From: Vicinamibacteria bacterium
GTDB taxonomy: Bacteria > Acidobacteriota > Vicinamibacteria > Marinacidobacterales > Marinacidobacteraceae
Direction: 5' to 3'
Length of the DNA: 64,000 nt
NCBI GenBank assembly: GCA_963555995.3
Contig: OY821641.1
Location: 3,648,001 to 3,712,000, forward strand
Shown: positions 29,334-40,700 of the stretch, piece after piece
Layout of the letters: every line of letters begins with the position of its first letter
Position numbering within the stretch: position 1 is the stretch's first letter
Translations under genes and position numbers: made by a program
Notes under the pieces: generated by a model
Databases searched by the model: none
Told to the model about the DNA's origin: nothing
The model's input: the letters and a program-made list of their open reading frames with translations, nothing else

Positions 29334-29870
29334 GTGCCGTCGCCGTTCCACTCCACGACTGTTCTGGCGGTCCGCCGCAGCGGGGCTACGACGCTGGCCG
29401 CCGACGGGCAGGTCACCCTCGGGGACATCGTCGTGAAGCACGGTGCGCGCAAGCTGCGCCGCATGAGCGAGGGAGCGGTCCTCGCCGGTTTCGCCGGGGC
29501 CACCGCGGACGCCCAGGCGCTGTTCGCGAAGTTCGAGACGAAGCTCGAAGCCCACCGGGGGAACCTGGAACGCGCGTGCGTGGAGCTCGCCCAGGACTGG
29601 CGGACGGACCGGGTGCTCCGCCATCTGGACGCCCTGCTGCTCGTCGCGGACAAGGACCACGTCTTCCTCCTCTCGGGCGACGGGGACCTCATGCAGCCCG
29701 ACGACGGCATCATGGCGATCGGTGCGGGTGCGCCGTTCGCGATGGCGGCGGCGCGCGCCCTCGCGTCGCGCACCGAACTCACCGCCCGGGAGATCGCCGA
29801 AGAGGCGATGAGCGTCACCGCCGGCATCTGCATCTACACGAACGGTCAGGTGATCTACGAAGAGGTGTGA
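29334..29870 (+). CDS. hslV: ATP-dependent protease subunit HslV
   Basis: TTVLAVR, ADGQVTLG, GFAGATADA, WRTDRVLR and ICIYTN motifs; start uncertain. Confidence 0.93.
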   Translation: MPSPFHSTTVLAVRRSGATTLAADGQVTLGDIVVKHGARKLRRMSEGAVLAGFAGATADAQALFAKFETKLEAHRGNLERACVELAQDWRTDRVLRHLDALLLVADKDHVFLLSGDGDLMQPDDGIMAIGAGAPFAMAAARALASRTELTAREIAEEAMSVTAGICIYTNGQVIYEEV

Positions 29871-29894
29871 CTTCTGGTCGAATATCTCCCCGCG

Positions 29895-31313
29895 GTGGGC
29901 AAGGGACCTGCCGCTGAAATCGCCGATCCCACGCCGCGCGAGATCGTCGAGGACCTCGACCGCTTCGTGATCGGTCAGACCGCGGCGAAGCGCGCGGTCG
30001 CCGTCGCCCTTCGCAACCGGGCGCGCCGTCTTCACATCGAGCCCGAGATGGCCGACGAGATCGAGCCCAAGAACATCATCATGATCGGATCCACGGGAGT
30101 GGGGAAGACGGAGATCGCGCGGCGGCTGGCCCGGCTCTCCCGCTCCCCGTTCGTGAAGGTGGAGGCGTCGAAGTTCACGGAAGTGGGCTACGTCGGGCGC
30201 GACGTGGAGTCCATGGTTCGCGACCTGGTGGAGGTCTCCGTCGAGATCCTCCGCGAGGAGCTGCTCGATGACGTCCGGGACCAGGTGGAGCGGAACGCGG
30301 AAGAGCGGCTGCTCGACGTGCTGCTGCCGCCGGCGCCCGCCGACCCGGTCCCCGGCGAGGACCCTTCGCTCGAGGACCTCGACGAGGAACTGCGCGACGG
30401 CATCCCCAGCCCGCTGGCGGAGGACGTGCAGCGCGCCCGCCGCAGCCGCGAGAAGCTGCGCAAGCGGCTGCGGCGCGGGGAACTGGCGGACCGGTCGGTC
30501 GAGGTGGAAGTGCGGGAGCCGCCGGCGCCGTTCCTCGAGGCCCTGTCCGGCCCCGGCGAGGACCTCGACGTCAATACCTCCGAGATGCTGCGGGGCGTCT
30601 TCGGGCCGCGCTACCGCAAGACCGAGATGGTGGTTCCGCAGGCGCTCGACTACTTCGCCCACGAGGAGGAGGAACGCCTCGTGGACCGCCGCCAGTTGTC
30701 ACGGCTGGCGCTCGAGCGCGCCGAAGAGCACGGGATCATCTTCATTGACGAACTGGACAAGGTCGCGAGTCCCCACGACTCCCCCGGACCCGACGTCTCC
30801 CGCGAAGGCGTGCAGCGGGACCTGTTGCCCCTCCTCGACGGTTCGACGGTCTCCACGCGCTACGGATCGCTCCGGACGGACCACATCCTCTATATTGGCG
30901 CCGGAGCGTTTCAGGAGAACCGGCCATCGGACCTCATCCCGGAACTCCAGGGCCGATTCCCGATCCGGGTGGAACTGGACCCGCTGACCGTCGAGGACTT
31001 TCGGCGGATCCTGACCGAGCCGGAATCGGCGCTCCTCAAGCAGTACCAGGCGCTGCTCGCCACCGAGGGCGTCACGATCTCGTTCCAGGAGGATGGAATC
31101 GGGGAGATTGCCGATGTCGCGGCTCAGGTCAACGAGCGCGCGGAGGACATCGGAGCGCGAAGGCTCCATACGATTCTGGAAAAGGTCCTTGAGGAACTTC
31201 TCTTCGATGCCCCGGATCTCGAAGACAAGAACTGGACGATCGACCGGGACTACGTCAAGCGCATGCTGGAGGGAATCGTCGAGGACGAGGACCTCTCCCG
31301 GTTCATTCTCTGA
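29895..31313 (+). CDS. hslU: ATP-dependent protease ATPase subunit HslU
   Basis: GSTGVGKTEIARRLA, KFTEVGYVGRDVESM, IIFIDELDK, PELQGRFPIRV and GARRLHT motifs. Confidence 0.97.
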   Translation: MGKGPAAEIADPTPREIVEDLDRFVIGQTAAKRAVAVALRNRARRLHIEPEMADEIEPKNIIMIGSTGVGKTEIARRLARLSRSPFVKVEASKFTEVGYVGRDVESMVRDLVEVSVEILREELLDDVRDQVERNAEERLLDVLLPPAPADPVPGEDPSLEDLDEELRDGIPSPLAEDVQRARRSREKLRKRLRRGELADRSVEVEVREPPAPFLEALSGPGEDLDVNTSEMLRGVFGPRYRKTEMVVPQALDYFAHEEEERLVDRRQLSRLALERAEEHGIIFIDELDKVASPHDSPGPDVSREGVQRDLLPLLDGSTVSTRYGSLRTDHILYIGAGAFQENRPSDLIPELQGRFPIRVELDPLTVEDFRRILTEPESALLKQYQALLATEGVTISFQEDGIGEIADVAAQVNERAEDIGARRLHTILEKVLEELLFDAPDLEDKNWTIDRDYVKRMLEGIVEDEDLSRFIL

Positions 31314-31347
31314 CGACGCGCCGACTCCCGCCGACTGCCGGGGCCCG

Positions 31348-33048
31348 ATGAGGACGCTGGCCGCTCTGGCTCTCGTCCTGATCGCCGGGGCCGGGGGGTG
31401 CGGCCGCCGGGGTCCCCCGCTCGCGCCGCTGCAGGTGGACCCGGAACCGCCTCGGGTCCTGCCGCTGCGGCAGGAGGACGGGGCGGTCGTGGTGCGCTGG
31501 TACGCGCCCCGGCTCGACTCGGGGGGGGACCCGGCGGACCTGCGGCTGCGCCGGGCGATCGTGTCCTACCGGGTGCTTGACCTCCACGCCCTCGCCGCCG
31601 AGGAGCGCGCTGCCCAGCGCCGGCCGCCGGAGGAAACGGACGAAGAGGAACCCGAGGCGGCCCCTTCCGGCGACGAGGACGCCGCCGGAGTCCCCGAACC
31701 GGAGAGCCCCGCGACGGAGGACCAGCCGTCCGAGGGTGCGCCGCCCGGCGAGGCGCCCGTCCCCGAGGAGCCCGCCGTGCCGACGCAGGAACAGTCCCCT
31801 GCCGGCGGGGTCCCCCCTGAGGAAGAAGCGGAAACGGAACCGGAGCCGATACCGGAAGGGGAGCCCGAGCCGGAGGGGGAACCGGAGCCGGAGCCCGGCG
31901 CCACCCGGGCAGCGCCGGGCGCCGGAGAACCAGCCTTGGAGGAGGCAGGTGGTGAGACTCCGGAGCAGGCCCCGGAGCCGGAGGCCGAGCCCGAACCCGC
32001 CGGAACCCTTCTCGACTACGAGGACCTGGAGTTCGAACTGCTCTCCGAGATCGAGTCCGAGGTTCCCGGGGAGGAGCGGTTTCTCGAGTTGCCGGTGGAA
32101 CCCGACTGGATCGGCCGCCGCCTCGAGGTCACCGTCCGTTACGAGGCGCGCGGCGGCGCCAGTGAGGCGAGCGAACCCCGGTCCCTCGACGTCACCGGCC
32201 CGCTCCCGCCGGTGGAGGAGGTGGTTGTCGAGGTCGGGCCGCTCGAGCTGACGGTCCGGTGGCAGGACCCCCGCGGCGCCCTGGGAGAGGCGCCGCTGGC
32301 GGACCCGATGTTCGAGGTCTTCCGGAAGCGCGGCGAGGAGTCCGAACGGCTGGGACGGTCCTTCGGTCCGAGTCAGGCGGACCCCGACGTGGTCTGGGGG
32401 GAAGAGGTCTGTTACAGCGCGCGGCTCGTCGTGGCGGGGGACGCGGAGGAGAGGGTGATCCCGGACCCCGGGCCCGCCGAGCCGGCCGGTCCCGAGGGGG
32501 ACGCGGACGCCGGGGAGTCGCCGGCTCCGGACGAGGGGGCCGGGGAAGCGCCGGCTCCGGACGAAGCCGGTGAGGCAGGCGCCCTTGAGACGCCCGAAGC
32601 GGAATCCGGAGATCCCGAGGGGGACGCGGCGCCCGAGGAACCCGAGGGCGGGGAGACGCCGTGGGCCCCGATCCCGGTCCGGGTCCCCGGCGCCGGAACC
32701 GGGGCGCTGAGCGTCGGTCCCATGTCGGCCGAGACGTGCGTCACTCCGGTGGACGCCTTCCCGCCGCTTCCGCCTTCGGACCTGCGCCTCTTCTGGCGAA
32801 CCGAGGCGACCGAACTCAGTTGGAGGGAATCGCCGTCCACCGATGCCGCCGGGTATCACGTCTACCGCTCCGGCCCGGACGGCGCCGGCTTCGAGCGCCT
32901 GACGGAATCGCCCGTCGAGCAGACGAGCTACACCGACGCCGCGCGCGAACCGCGGGGCGCGTATCGCTACGCCATCACGGCGGTGGACGGCGCCGACCCG
33001 CCGAACGAGAGCCTGCCCTCCGACAGCCGGAGAGTGAACCCGAGGTGA
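31348..33048 (+). CDS. Lipoprotein with FN3-like domains and long Pro/Glu-rich linkers
   Basis: Lipobox AGAGGC followed by CGRRGPPLAP; C-terminal LSW..S..AGYHVYRS...YRYAITAVD..NES FN3 signature. Confidence 0.75.
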   Translation: MRTLAALALVLIAGAGGCGRRGPPLAPLQVDPEPPRVLPLRQEDGAVVVRWYAPRLDSGGDPADLRLRRAIVSYRVLDLHALAAEERAAQRRPPEETDEEEPEAAPSGDEDAAGVPEPESPATEDQPSEGAPPGEAPVPEEPAVPTQEQSPAGGVPPEEEAETEPEPIPEGEPEPEGEPEPEPGATRAAPGAGEPALEEAGGETPEQAPEPEAEPEPAGTLLDYEDLEFELLSEIESEVPGEERFLELPVEPDWIGRRLEVTVRYEARGGASEASEPRSLDVTGPLPPVEEVVVEVGPLELTVRWQDPRGALGEAPLADPMFEVFRKRGEESERLGRSFGPSQADPDVVWGEEVCYSARLVVAGDAEERVIPDPGPAEPAGPEGDADAGESPAPDEGAGEAPAPDEAGEAGALETPEAESGDPEGDAAPEEPEGGETPWAPIPVRVPGAGTGALSVGPMSAETCVTPVDAFPPLPPSDLRLFWRTEATELSWRESPSTDAAGYHVYRSGPDGAGFERLTESPVEQTSYTDAAREPRGAYRYAITAVDGADPPNESLPSDSRRVNPR

Positions 33049-33098
33049 GCAGCCCCGGCGCACTCCGGCGGGCCGCCCCGCCGCCGTGATGGCGCTGC

Positions 33099-33155
33099 CG
33101 GCCTGGAACGCCGGTCTCCAGGCCGGCACGCGCGGTGCTCCGCACGGCGCACCAT
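33099..33155 (+). repeat. REP-like element (family 1)
   Basis: GGCCTGGAACGCCGGTCTCCAGGCCGGCACGCGCGGTGCTCCGCACGGCGCAC. Confidence 0.8.
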
Positions 33156-33219
33156 GCGGACCCGGGAGGGGGCCGGCGCCGGGCTGTTTCCCGGTGGCGC
33201 CACGAAGGCGAGGAACGAC

Positions 33220-33297
33220 GCCCCCTCCCGCGTCCGCCCGGCACTTCGTGCCGGAAATCGAAACTCCCCAAGCCCCCCTCTCACACTCTCCCCCGGA
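33220..33297 (+). repeat. Structured intergenic repeat (family 3), internally deleted copy C
   Basis: CCGGCAC-TTC-GTGCCGG-AAATCGAAACTCCC...CCCCCCTCTCACACTCTCCCCCGG. Confidence 0.5.
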
Positions 33298-33413
33298 TGG
33301 CACTCCGGCCTGGAACGCCGCGTCCCTCGTGCCGCCGGCTGGTAGCATTGCGTCCGGGTTTGGGGACTTGGATTCCGGGCCGAATTCCGGATTGACGAGG
33401 GGCTCGGCGCAGC

Positions 33414-34061
33414 ATGCAAATCTTTCTCGACACGGCGAATCTGGACGAAATCTCGCGTGCCGCCGCGATGGGGCTCGTGGACGGCGTCACCACGAATCCG
33501 TCGCTCATGGCGAAGGAAACCGGCGATCCGCGGGAGATCCTGGCCGCGATCGCCGAAACGGTTTCCGGCGACGTCTCGGCGGAGGTCCTCTCGACCGACA
33601 CCGCCGGGATGGTGGCCGAGGGCCGGGAGCTCGCGACCATCGCCCCGAACATCATCATCAAGTGCCCGCTGACGCCCGACGGCCTGCGCGCGGTCCGCGA
33701 GCTGAAGGAGGAGGGGATCCGCGTCAACGTGACGCTGTGTTTCAGCGTTCCGCAGGCGCTCTTCGCCGCGAAGGCGGGCGCCTACATCGTGAGCCCCTTC
33801 GTCGGCCGGCTCGACGACATCTCCGCTCCGGGCATGCAGTTGATCGCGGACATCCGGGAGGTCTACGACAACTACGGCTTCGCCACCCAGATCCTGGTCG
33901 CCAGCATCCGGAACCCGCTTCACGTCGTGGAGGCGGCGCGGCTGGGAGCCGACATCGCCACCATGCCCGCCAAGGTGCTGGACCTGCTCATCAGGCACCC
34001 GTTGACGGACATCGGTCTCGAGCGTTTCCTGAAGGACTGGGAGGCGGCGAGGGTCACCTGA
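33414..34061 (+). CDS. tal: Transaldolase (short TalC/FSA family; TAL-type residues)
   Basis: FLDTAN, TTNPSL, VSAEV (Glu), IKCP (Schiff-base Lys), SPFVGR (Phe) and ASIR motifs. Confidence 0.9.
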   Translation: MQIFLDTANLDEISRAAAMGLVDGVTTNPSLMAKETGDPREILAAIAETVSGDVSAEVLSTDTAGMVAEGRELATIAPNIIIKCPLTPDGLRAVRELKEEGIRVNVTLCFSVPQALFAAKAGAYIVSPFVGRLDDISAPGMQLIADIREVYDNYGFATQILVASIRNPLHVVEAARLGADIATMPAKVLDLLIRHPLTDIGLERFLKDWEAARVT

Positions 34062-34074
34062 TCCTCCGGATCGG

Positions 34075-35640
34075 GTGGCACCAAAGTCCGAAGGGCGTCC
34101 GGACGCCTTCGCCGAACTCGAGGCGCGGAACCGCCGCGCCGAGGAGGGCGGCGGCGCGGCCCGGCTCGAGCGCCAGCGGCGTTCGGGGAGACTGACGGCG
34201 CGCGAGCGGATCGCGACCCTCGTGGACGCCGGGTCCTTCGAGGAGACCGGAAAACTGGTCCAGCATCGCTCGCGCGATTTCGGCCTCGACCGGCAGCGCT
34301 ACCCCGGGGACGGGGTCGTGACCGGCTACGCCCGGATTGACGGGCGCCTCGCCTACCTGTTCGCCCAGGACTTCACGGTGCTCGGCGGCTCGCTGAGCGA
34401 GGCGGTCGCGGAAAAGATCTGCCGGACCATGGACCTCGCGGTCCGGCAGGGCGCCCCCATCATCGGGCTGAACGACTCCGGCGGCGCGCGCATCCAGGAA
34501 GGGGTGGTCTCGCTCGCCGGCTACGCCGACATCTTCCTGAGGAACACGCTGGCTTCGGGAGTGGTTCCCCAGATCTCGGCCATCCTCGGGCCCTGCGCGG
34601 GGGGCGCCGTGTATTCCCCGGCCATCACCGACTTCACGATCATGTCCCGCGGCACCAGCTACATGTTCGTGACCGGGCCGGACGTGATCCGCGCCGTGAC
34701 CCACGAGGAAGTCACGAAGGAGGACCTCGGCGGCGCGGAGACCCACAACACGGTTTCGGGAAACGCGCACTTCCTCGGGGAAGACGACGAGGACTGCCTC
34801 GACCTGATCCGCCAGCTCCTCTCGTTCCTGCCGTCGAACAACCTGGAGGAGCCCCCGCGGCGTCCCTCGGCGGACCCGCCCGACCGGGAGACCCCGTCGC
34901 TGGACGGTCTCGTGCCCGAGCAGCCCGACCAGCCGTACGACATCAAGGACCTCATCGGCGAGGTGGTGGACGACGGCGCGTTCCTCGAGGTCCAGGCGCT
35001 CCACGCCGGGAACCTGGTGGTCGGCTTCGGCCGGCTGGGCGGCGCCCCGGTGGGCATCGTGGCGAACCAGCCGGCGGTGCTGGCCGGCGTCCTCGACATT
35101 CAGGCTTCCGTGAAGGGCGCCCGCTTCGTCCGGTTCTGCGACGCCTTCAACATCCCGCTCGTCGTCTTCGAGGACGTGCCGGGCTTCCTGCCGGGGACCC
35201 AGCAGGAGTGGGGAGGCATCATCCGGCACGGGGCGAAGCTGCTCTACGCCTTCGCGGAAGCCACCGTCCCCAAGATCACGGTGATCACCCGCAAGGCGTA
35301 CGGCGGCGCCTACTGCGTGATGGCGAGCAAGCACATCCGGACCGACCTCAACTACGCCTGGCCGAACGCCGAGATCGCGGTGATGGGGTCGGAGGGGGCC
35401 GTGAACGTCCTCTACCGGCGGGAACTCGAAGCGGCCGAGGACGCCGAAGCGGAGCGCGCCGGCCGGGTGGCCGCCTACCGCGAGCGCTTCGCGAACCCCT
35501 ACGTGGCGGCGGAGCGGGGATACGTGGACGAGGTCATCCCGCCGCGGACCACCCGCCGGAAGCTGACCACCGCCCTCGCCTCGCTCGCCACCAAGCGCGA
35601 CCGGAACCCTCCGAAGAAGCACGGGAACATCCCGCTCTGA
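34075..35640 (+). CDS. pccB: Acyl-CoA (propionyl/methylmalonyl-CoA) carboxyltransferase beta subunit
   Basis: [40 protein letters not shown] and KKHGNIPL motifs. Confidence 0.92.
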   Translation: MAPKSEGRPDAFAELEARNRRAEEGGGAARLERQRRSGRLTARERIATLVDAGSFEETGKLVQHRSRDFGLDRQRYPGDGVVTGYARIDGRLAYLFAQDFTVLGGSLSEAVAEKICRTMDLAVRQGAPIIGLNDSGGARIQEGVVSLAGYADIFLRNTLASGVVPQISAILGPCAGGAVYSPAITDFTIMSRGTSYMFVTGPDVIRAVTHEEVTKEDLGGAETHNTVSGNAHFLGEDDEDCLDLIRQLLSFLPSNNLEEPPRRPSADPPDRETPSLDGLVPEQPDQPYDIKDLIGEVVDDGAFLEVQALHAGNLVVGFGRLGGAPVGIVANQPAVLAGVLDIQASVKGARFVRFCDAFNIPLVVFEDVPGFLPGTQQEWGGIIRHGAKLLYAFAEATVPKITVITRKAYGGAYCVMASKHIRTDLNYAWPNAEIAVMGSEGAVNVLYRRELEAAEDAEAERAGRVAAYRERFANPYVAAERGYVDEVIPPRTTRRKLTTALASLATKRDRNPPKKHGNIPL

Positions 35641-35667
35641 GCCGATGTCCGGACCGCCGACCCGCTG

Positions 35668-37182
35668 ATGTTCCGCCGCGTCCTCGTCGCCAACCGGGGT
35701 GAGATCGCGGTCCGGATCATCCGGGCCTGCCGCGACCTCGGCGTCTCACCGGTGACGGTCCACTCCGAGGCCGACCGGGACAGCCTGCACGTGCGGCTGG
35801 CCGACGAGTCCTTCGAAGTGGGGGGAGCGGCCTCCCGCGACAGCTACCTGAACGGCGAGCGGGTCATCGAGGCGGCGCGGGCCATGGAGGCCGAGGCCCT
35901 GCATCCGGGTTACGGATTCCTGGCGGAGAACGGCGATTTCGCCGCGCGCTGCGCGGAGCGCGGCCTCGTCTTCGTGGGACCGCCTCCCGAGGCGATGCGC
36001 CGGATGGGGGACAAGGCCGCCGCCCGGGAGACGGCGGTCAAGGCCGGGGTTCCGGTCGTCCCGGGCTCGGACATCGTTTCCGGGAAGGATGCGGAGCGCG
36101 CCGCCGCGACGATCGGGTTCCCGCTGCTCATCAAGGCCGCCGCCGGCGGCGGGGGCATGGGGATGCGGCTGGTGCGGGATCCGTCGGGCTTCTCCGACTC
36201 CCTCCGGGAAGCGCAGTCCGAAGCGGAGGCCGCCTTCGGAGACGCCCGGGTGTTCCTCGAGCGCTTCGTGGAGAACCCCCGTCACGTGGAGATCCAGGTG
36301 TTCGGCGACGATTCCGGTTCCGTCGTTCACCTCGGAGAGCGCGACTGTTCGATCCAGCGCCGGAACCAGAAACTCCTCGAAGAGAGTCCGTCGCCCGCGA
36401 TCTCGCCGGAACTGCGGGCCGGGATGGGGGAGGCGGCGGTGCGTCTGGCGCGCGGCGCCGGCTACCGCAACGCCGGGACCGTCGAGTTCCTGCTCGATCC
36501 GGAAGGGCGCTTCCATTTCCTCGAAATGAACGCGCGGCTCCAGGTCGAGCATCCGGTCACCGAGCTCGTATCGGGGTTGGACCTCGTGGCGCTCCAATTG
36601 CGGGTAGCCGCCGGCGAGCCGCTCGGTTTCGCGCAGTCCGACGTCTCGCTCCGCGGCGCGGCGATCGAGCTCCGCATCACCGCGGAGGATCCGTTCGCCG
36701 GTTTCGTCCCCGCCACCGGCCGTATCCGGGAGTTCCGTCCCCCCGCGGGTCCGGGAGTCCGGTGTGACGCCGGGATCGTTTCGGGGAGCGTGGTGTCGCC
36801 GCACTACGACCCGCTGCTCGCCAAGATCATCGTTTCGGGACTCGACCGGGAAACGGCCCGGAAACGGGCGATCCGGGCGGTCCGGGAAACGAGACTCATC
36901 GGAGTCGCCTCGACCCTTCCCTTCTTCGAGCGGGTGCTGGCCAGCGCCCCGTTCTGCAGCGGGAACTTCGATACCTCGTTCGTCCCCGCGCACTGGTCCG
37001 CCCTCAGCCGGAGCGGAACGCAGGGCGAATCCACGGCGCGGGCCGAACTGGGGCCCCTGGCCCTCGCGGCGGCGGCGGCCGAGCTGTGGCGGCGCGAAGG
37101 GTCGAACGCGCACGCGGCCGGCGCGCCCCCGTCCCGGTGGCGCCTCGCCGGCGTCGCCGAAGCGCATCGGGAGCGGCTCTAG
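35668..37182 (+). CDS. accC: Biotin carboxylase subunit of acyl-CoA carboxylase
   Basis: VLVANRGEIA, HPGYGFLAEN, ERDCSIQRR and EMNARLQVEHPVTE motifs. Confidence 0.92.
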   Translation: MFRRVLVANRGEIAVRIIRACRDLGVSPVTVHSEADRDSLHVRLADESFEVGGAASRDSYLNGERVIEAARAMEAEALHPGYGFLAENGDFAARCAERGLVFVGPPPEAMRRMGDKAAARETAVKAGVPVVPGSDIVSGKDAERAAATIGFPLLIKAAAGGGGMGMRLVRDPSGFSDSLREAQSEAEAAFGDARVFLERFVENPRHVEIQVFGDDSGSVVHLGERDCSIQRRNQKLLEESPSPAISPELRAGMGEAAVRLARGAGYRNAGTVEFLLDPEGRFHFLEMNARLQVEHPVTELVSGLDLVALQLRVAAGEPLGFAQSDVSLRGAAIELRITAEDPFAGFVPATGRIREFRPPAGPGVRCDAGIVSGSVVSPHYDPLLAKIIVSGLDRETARKRAIRAVRETRLIGVASTLPFFERVLASAPFCSGNFDTSFVPAHWSALSRSGTQGESTARAELGPLALAAAAAELWRREGSNAHAAGAPPSRWRLAGVAEAHRERL

Positions 37183-37199
37183 GCGCCGGTGCTGAACTC

Positions 37200-37727
37200 A
37201 TGCGGCGCATCCTCTCGATCGACGGCAAGGAGAGCCGGGTCGAAGTACGCGCCGACGCCGACGGCGGCACCCTGAGGGTCGGGGTCGAAGGCGGAGACGG
37301 AGAACTGGTTGCGCGCGAGACCCCCGCCGGCTGGACGATCACGAACGGCCGCCGCACCGTCGAGGCGGGCGTCACCGGCGGGCGAACCGGCGAACTCGTA
37401 GTCCAGATCGCCGGGCACACCTACCGGCTCGAAACCGGCCGTGGCGCGGCCGGCGGTTCGCGCCGCAGCGGCTCGGCGGCCGGCGGGACGGCGGGCGGAC
37501 GCGCCGAGGTGCGGACCCCGATGCCGGGGAAGGTGGTACGTCTCGTGCGGAAAGAAGGAGATCAGGTCGCCGCCGGCGACGCCGTGCTGGTGTTCGAGGC
37601 GATGAAGATGCAGAACGAGATCCGGGCCCCGGAGAGCGGGGTCATCGCTAACATGAGGGCTACGCGAGGGACTCCCATGGAGGGCGGCGAACTGCTGTTC
37701 GTCGTGGAGCCTGCGGAATCTGCGTGA
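37200..37727 (+). CDS. Biotin carboxyl carrier protein
   Basis: PMPGKV...EAMKMQNEIRAP biotinyl domain. Confidence 0.9.
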   Translation: MRRILSIDGKESRVEVRADADGGTLRVGVEGGDGELVARETPAGWTITNGRRTVEAGVTGGRTGELVVQIAGHTYRLETGRGAAGGSRRSGSAAGGTAGGRAEVRTPMPGKVVRLVRKEGDQVAAGDAVLVFEAMKMQNEIRAPESGVIANMRATRGTPMEGGELLFVVEPAESA

Positions 37728-40700
37728 CCTCTACTGCTCCGAATCGCCGCACCCGCCGGTTCTGGCTGGTGTTGGCGGGCGCCGCCGCTGCCTCGGCGGT
37801 GTCCCTCGGAGTGCTCCTCTGGGTGGTGTCGAGCCTGGATCAGCAGCGTCTCGGCGCCTATGTCACCGGCCGGCTCAGCGCCGTCCTGGGCCGCCCGGTC
37901 GCCGCGAGCGGTTTCGAGGTCTCGCTCCGAAGGGGGGAGTTCGTCGTTCGCGGACTCCAGCTCGGGAGGGAGCCCACGGAGATCGGTCCGCCGCCCCCGG
38001 CCTTTTCGATCGACCGGATCCGCGGCCGCCTGAGCTGGCGTTCGTTCTTTCCGGCGCGCCTCCACCTCGAGAGCCTCGACGTCGAGGGGGTCGGCCTCTG
38101 GGGTCTCGACGACGGAGGAAAACCGCCGCCGGAGTCCGCCCCCCTCGGACCGGCCATCGAGGCGGTGGCCGCCCGGCTCTCGTTCTCTTCGAACCGGATG
38201 ACGGTGTCCGGAACCACGATCGGGTACCGGAACCGGCCGACGCCGTGGGAAGTCCGCGCCGACGATGTTGCGTTCAGCCTCCAGACCGGCGAAGCAGGAG
38301 GCGTGGACGGCGAAATCCGATCCGGTTGGGGAGTGATCCGCCTCTGGGAGCGGCCGGATCTGCCGATGGCGCTGTCGTCGGGCTTCCGGATCCGGGGGAA
38401 CGACCTGCACTTCGACTTCCTCGAGCTGCGCTCCGACCTGCTCGAGGTGCGCTTCGACGGAACCATGGACATGGCCAACGATCTCGACGGCCGCCTGCGG
38501 ATGGTCGGCAGCGGGGACGCCGGCGGTCTGGGCCGTTTCCTGTTCGAGTTCGAGGGAATGGACACCGAGGGGGAGCCCTGGCTCGAGTTCGAGGGAACCG
38601 CGGGGTTTCAGGAGAACGGCCTGGCGATCGACGGCGACTTCGCGTTGCCGCGGAGCCGTTTCTTCGGCGTCCCGCTGCGGGACTGGACGGGCGTGGTGCA
38701 CTGGGACCCCGAGCGCGTCGAGATCCTCTCCTCGCAGGGACTGGCGTCCGAGGGACCGGCCACCCTGCGGCTGCTACAGGTGCAGCCGCGCGAGGAGAAC
38801 CCGGCGGAGATCCTCCTCAGCGTTCGCGACGGGGCGTTGGCGCCCGCCCTTGAGGGCGTTTTCGGAACGCCGGCCGCGATTCGTTCGCAGGTGAACCTCG
38901 ACGCGGACCTGCGCATGCCCCTCGCCGATCCGGGACTGATGACGGGGACCATTCGGGCCACCGGCCTGATGCCGGACGAGACGGGACCGGGAGAGTTGCC
39001 GCTCGCCTTCGAGACCGACCTGCGGATGGATGACACGGCGACCGACATCCACCGCGTCGTCCTGGAAGGCGAGGCCTTTCGCGGCTCGATGGAAGGCCGC
39101 TATCCCCGGTCCGGGGACGCCAGCATCGCGGCGACCGCGCTGGCCGGCGAATCGGCCGAGGCCGATGCCGTGCAGCAGGAGCTGCGCCGGATGCTCTTCG
39201 GGGAAGACCCCGAGACGACCTTCTGGGACGTTGCGGGGGCCGGGGGGTTCGAGGGCGTCGTTCGCGGCCGGTGGCCCGATCTCGTGCTGGAGGGCGAGGT
39301 CGAGGGTCAGATGATGCGCTTCTCCACGATCCACACGGAAACGCTGATCGCGACCGGGAGGATCGAGCGCGACGCGATCTTTCTCGACAGTCTGAACGCG
39401 CGGTTCGGCGGGGGACGGATCTCCGCCTCGGGAGTCTTCGACCGGGCCGCGGTGGAGTATCCGGACATGGAGTTCGACGCCGACTGGGAGGGCTGGGACG
39501 CCCGGGAGATCATTGACTTCCTGGAGTGGGATCTGGAGGCGGACGGAATCACGACCGGCCGGAGCCACACCGTGCGGCGGGACGAGCGCTATACGGGAGG
39601 CGGATCCGTGGTCGGTTCCGACGGACACGTCCTGGAACAGCCGTTCGACGAGGTGGCGATCACCTGGGACATGGACGGCGACACCGCCCGGCTGGCGCCC
39701 ATGAGCGGGGTGTTCCGGGAGGGCGCCGCCGAAGGGGTCCTCGACATCGGCCTCGTGGACTGGGAGATGGAGGGCCTCGTCACGGGAAGCGACTACCCGC
39801 TGACGCCCGGTCTGGCGCCGGAGTGGATTTCCATCCGCTCCGATTTCCGCCTCGAGGTCGGCGGCGACCTGCTGGTTCCGGAACTGCTGCTCGAGGCGCG
39901 GGTGCCGAACGCCGCCGTCCTCGGCCTGCCGCTCGGCCCGGGCGACATCACGGGGTCCGTCCACGGGGAGGACTTCGAGGGCAGCGGGGCGCTGGATTCG
40001 GGCGCCGCGTCCTTCCGGATGCAGGGACGGGTACCGCTCGGCACCGACGGCGCTGGCACCGTCACGATCCGGGAAGTCGATGTCGCACCCATCCTCTTCG
40101 ACGCGCCGGCCGAGCGGGGGTTTCAGGTCGTGGTCGGCGGGTCCGGGGACTTCCACATCGAGGATCCGCTCGACGAATGGATGACCGGCGCGGCGACTCT
40201 CGAGACCCTGAAGATCACGGCGCCGGATTTCGTCGCCGAAACCGGCGGGCCGACGACCGTCCGCCTGCAGGACGCGCGGGTGCACGTCGAGGGTCTCCGT
40301 CTCCAGCACGAAGGCAGCCAACTGGCGCTGGCGGGATCCATCGGACTGGATGACGAGCTTCTCGATCTCTCGCTGCTGGGACAGACGTCGCTGCTTGCCA
40401 CCGCGCCGTTCTTGCCCTGGCTTTCCGCGGACGGCGAGTTCGGCCTGGAGGCATCGGTGGTCGGTCCGTGGACCGAGCCGGAAGTCCTGGGCACCGGGAC
40501 GATGCGGAACGGCTCCTTCCGCGTCGAGGGGTTTCCGCACGCCCTGAGCGACGTGGAGGGCACCGTTGATTTCGATCAACGGACACTGCGGATCGCGGAG
40601 GTCATCGGCCGCATGGGCGGTGGCGAGGCCGTCGTTTCCGGGTCGATCTCGGTCGAGGACGCGGAGTTCGCCGCCACCGACCTGCGGGTCCAGCTCACAG

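Noticed and set aside
33414-34061. Fructose-6-phosphate aldolase
   Set aside because: It has the Glu (VSAEV) and Phe (SPFVGR) residues typical of transaldolase rather than the Gln/Tyr of FSA.
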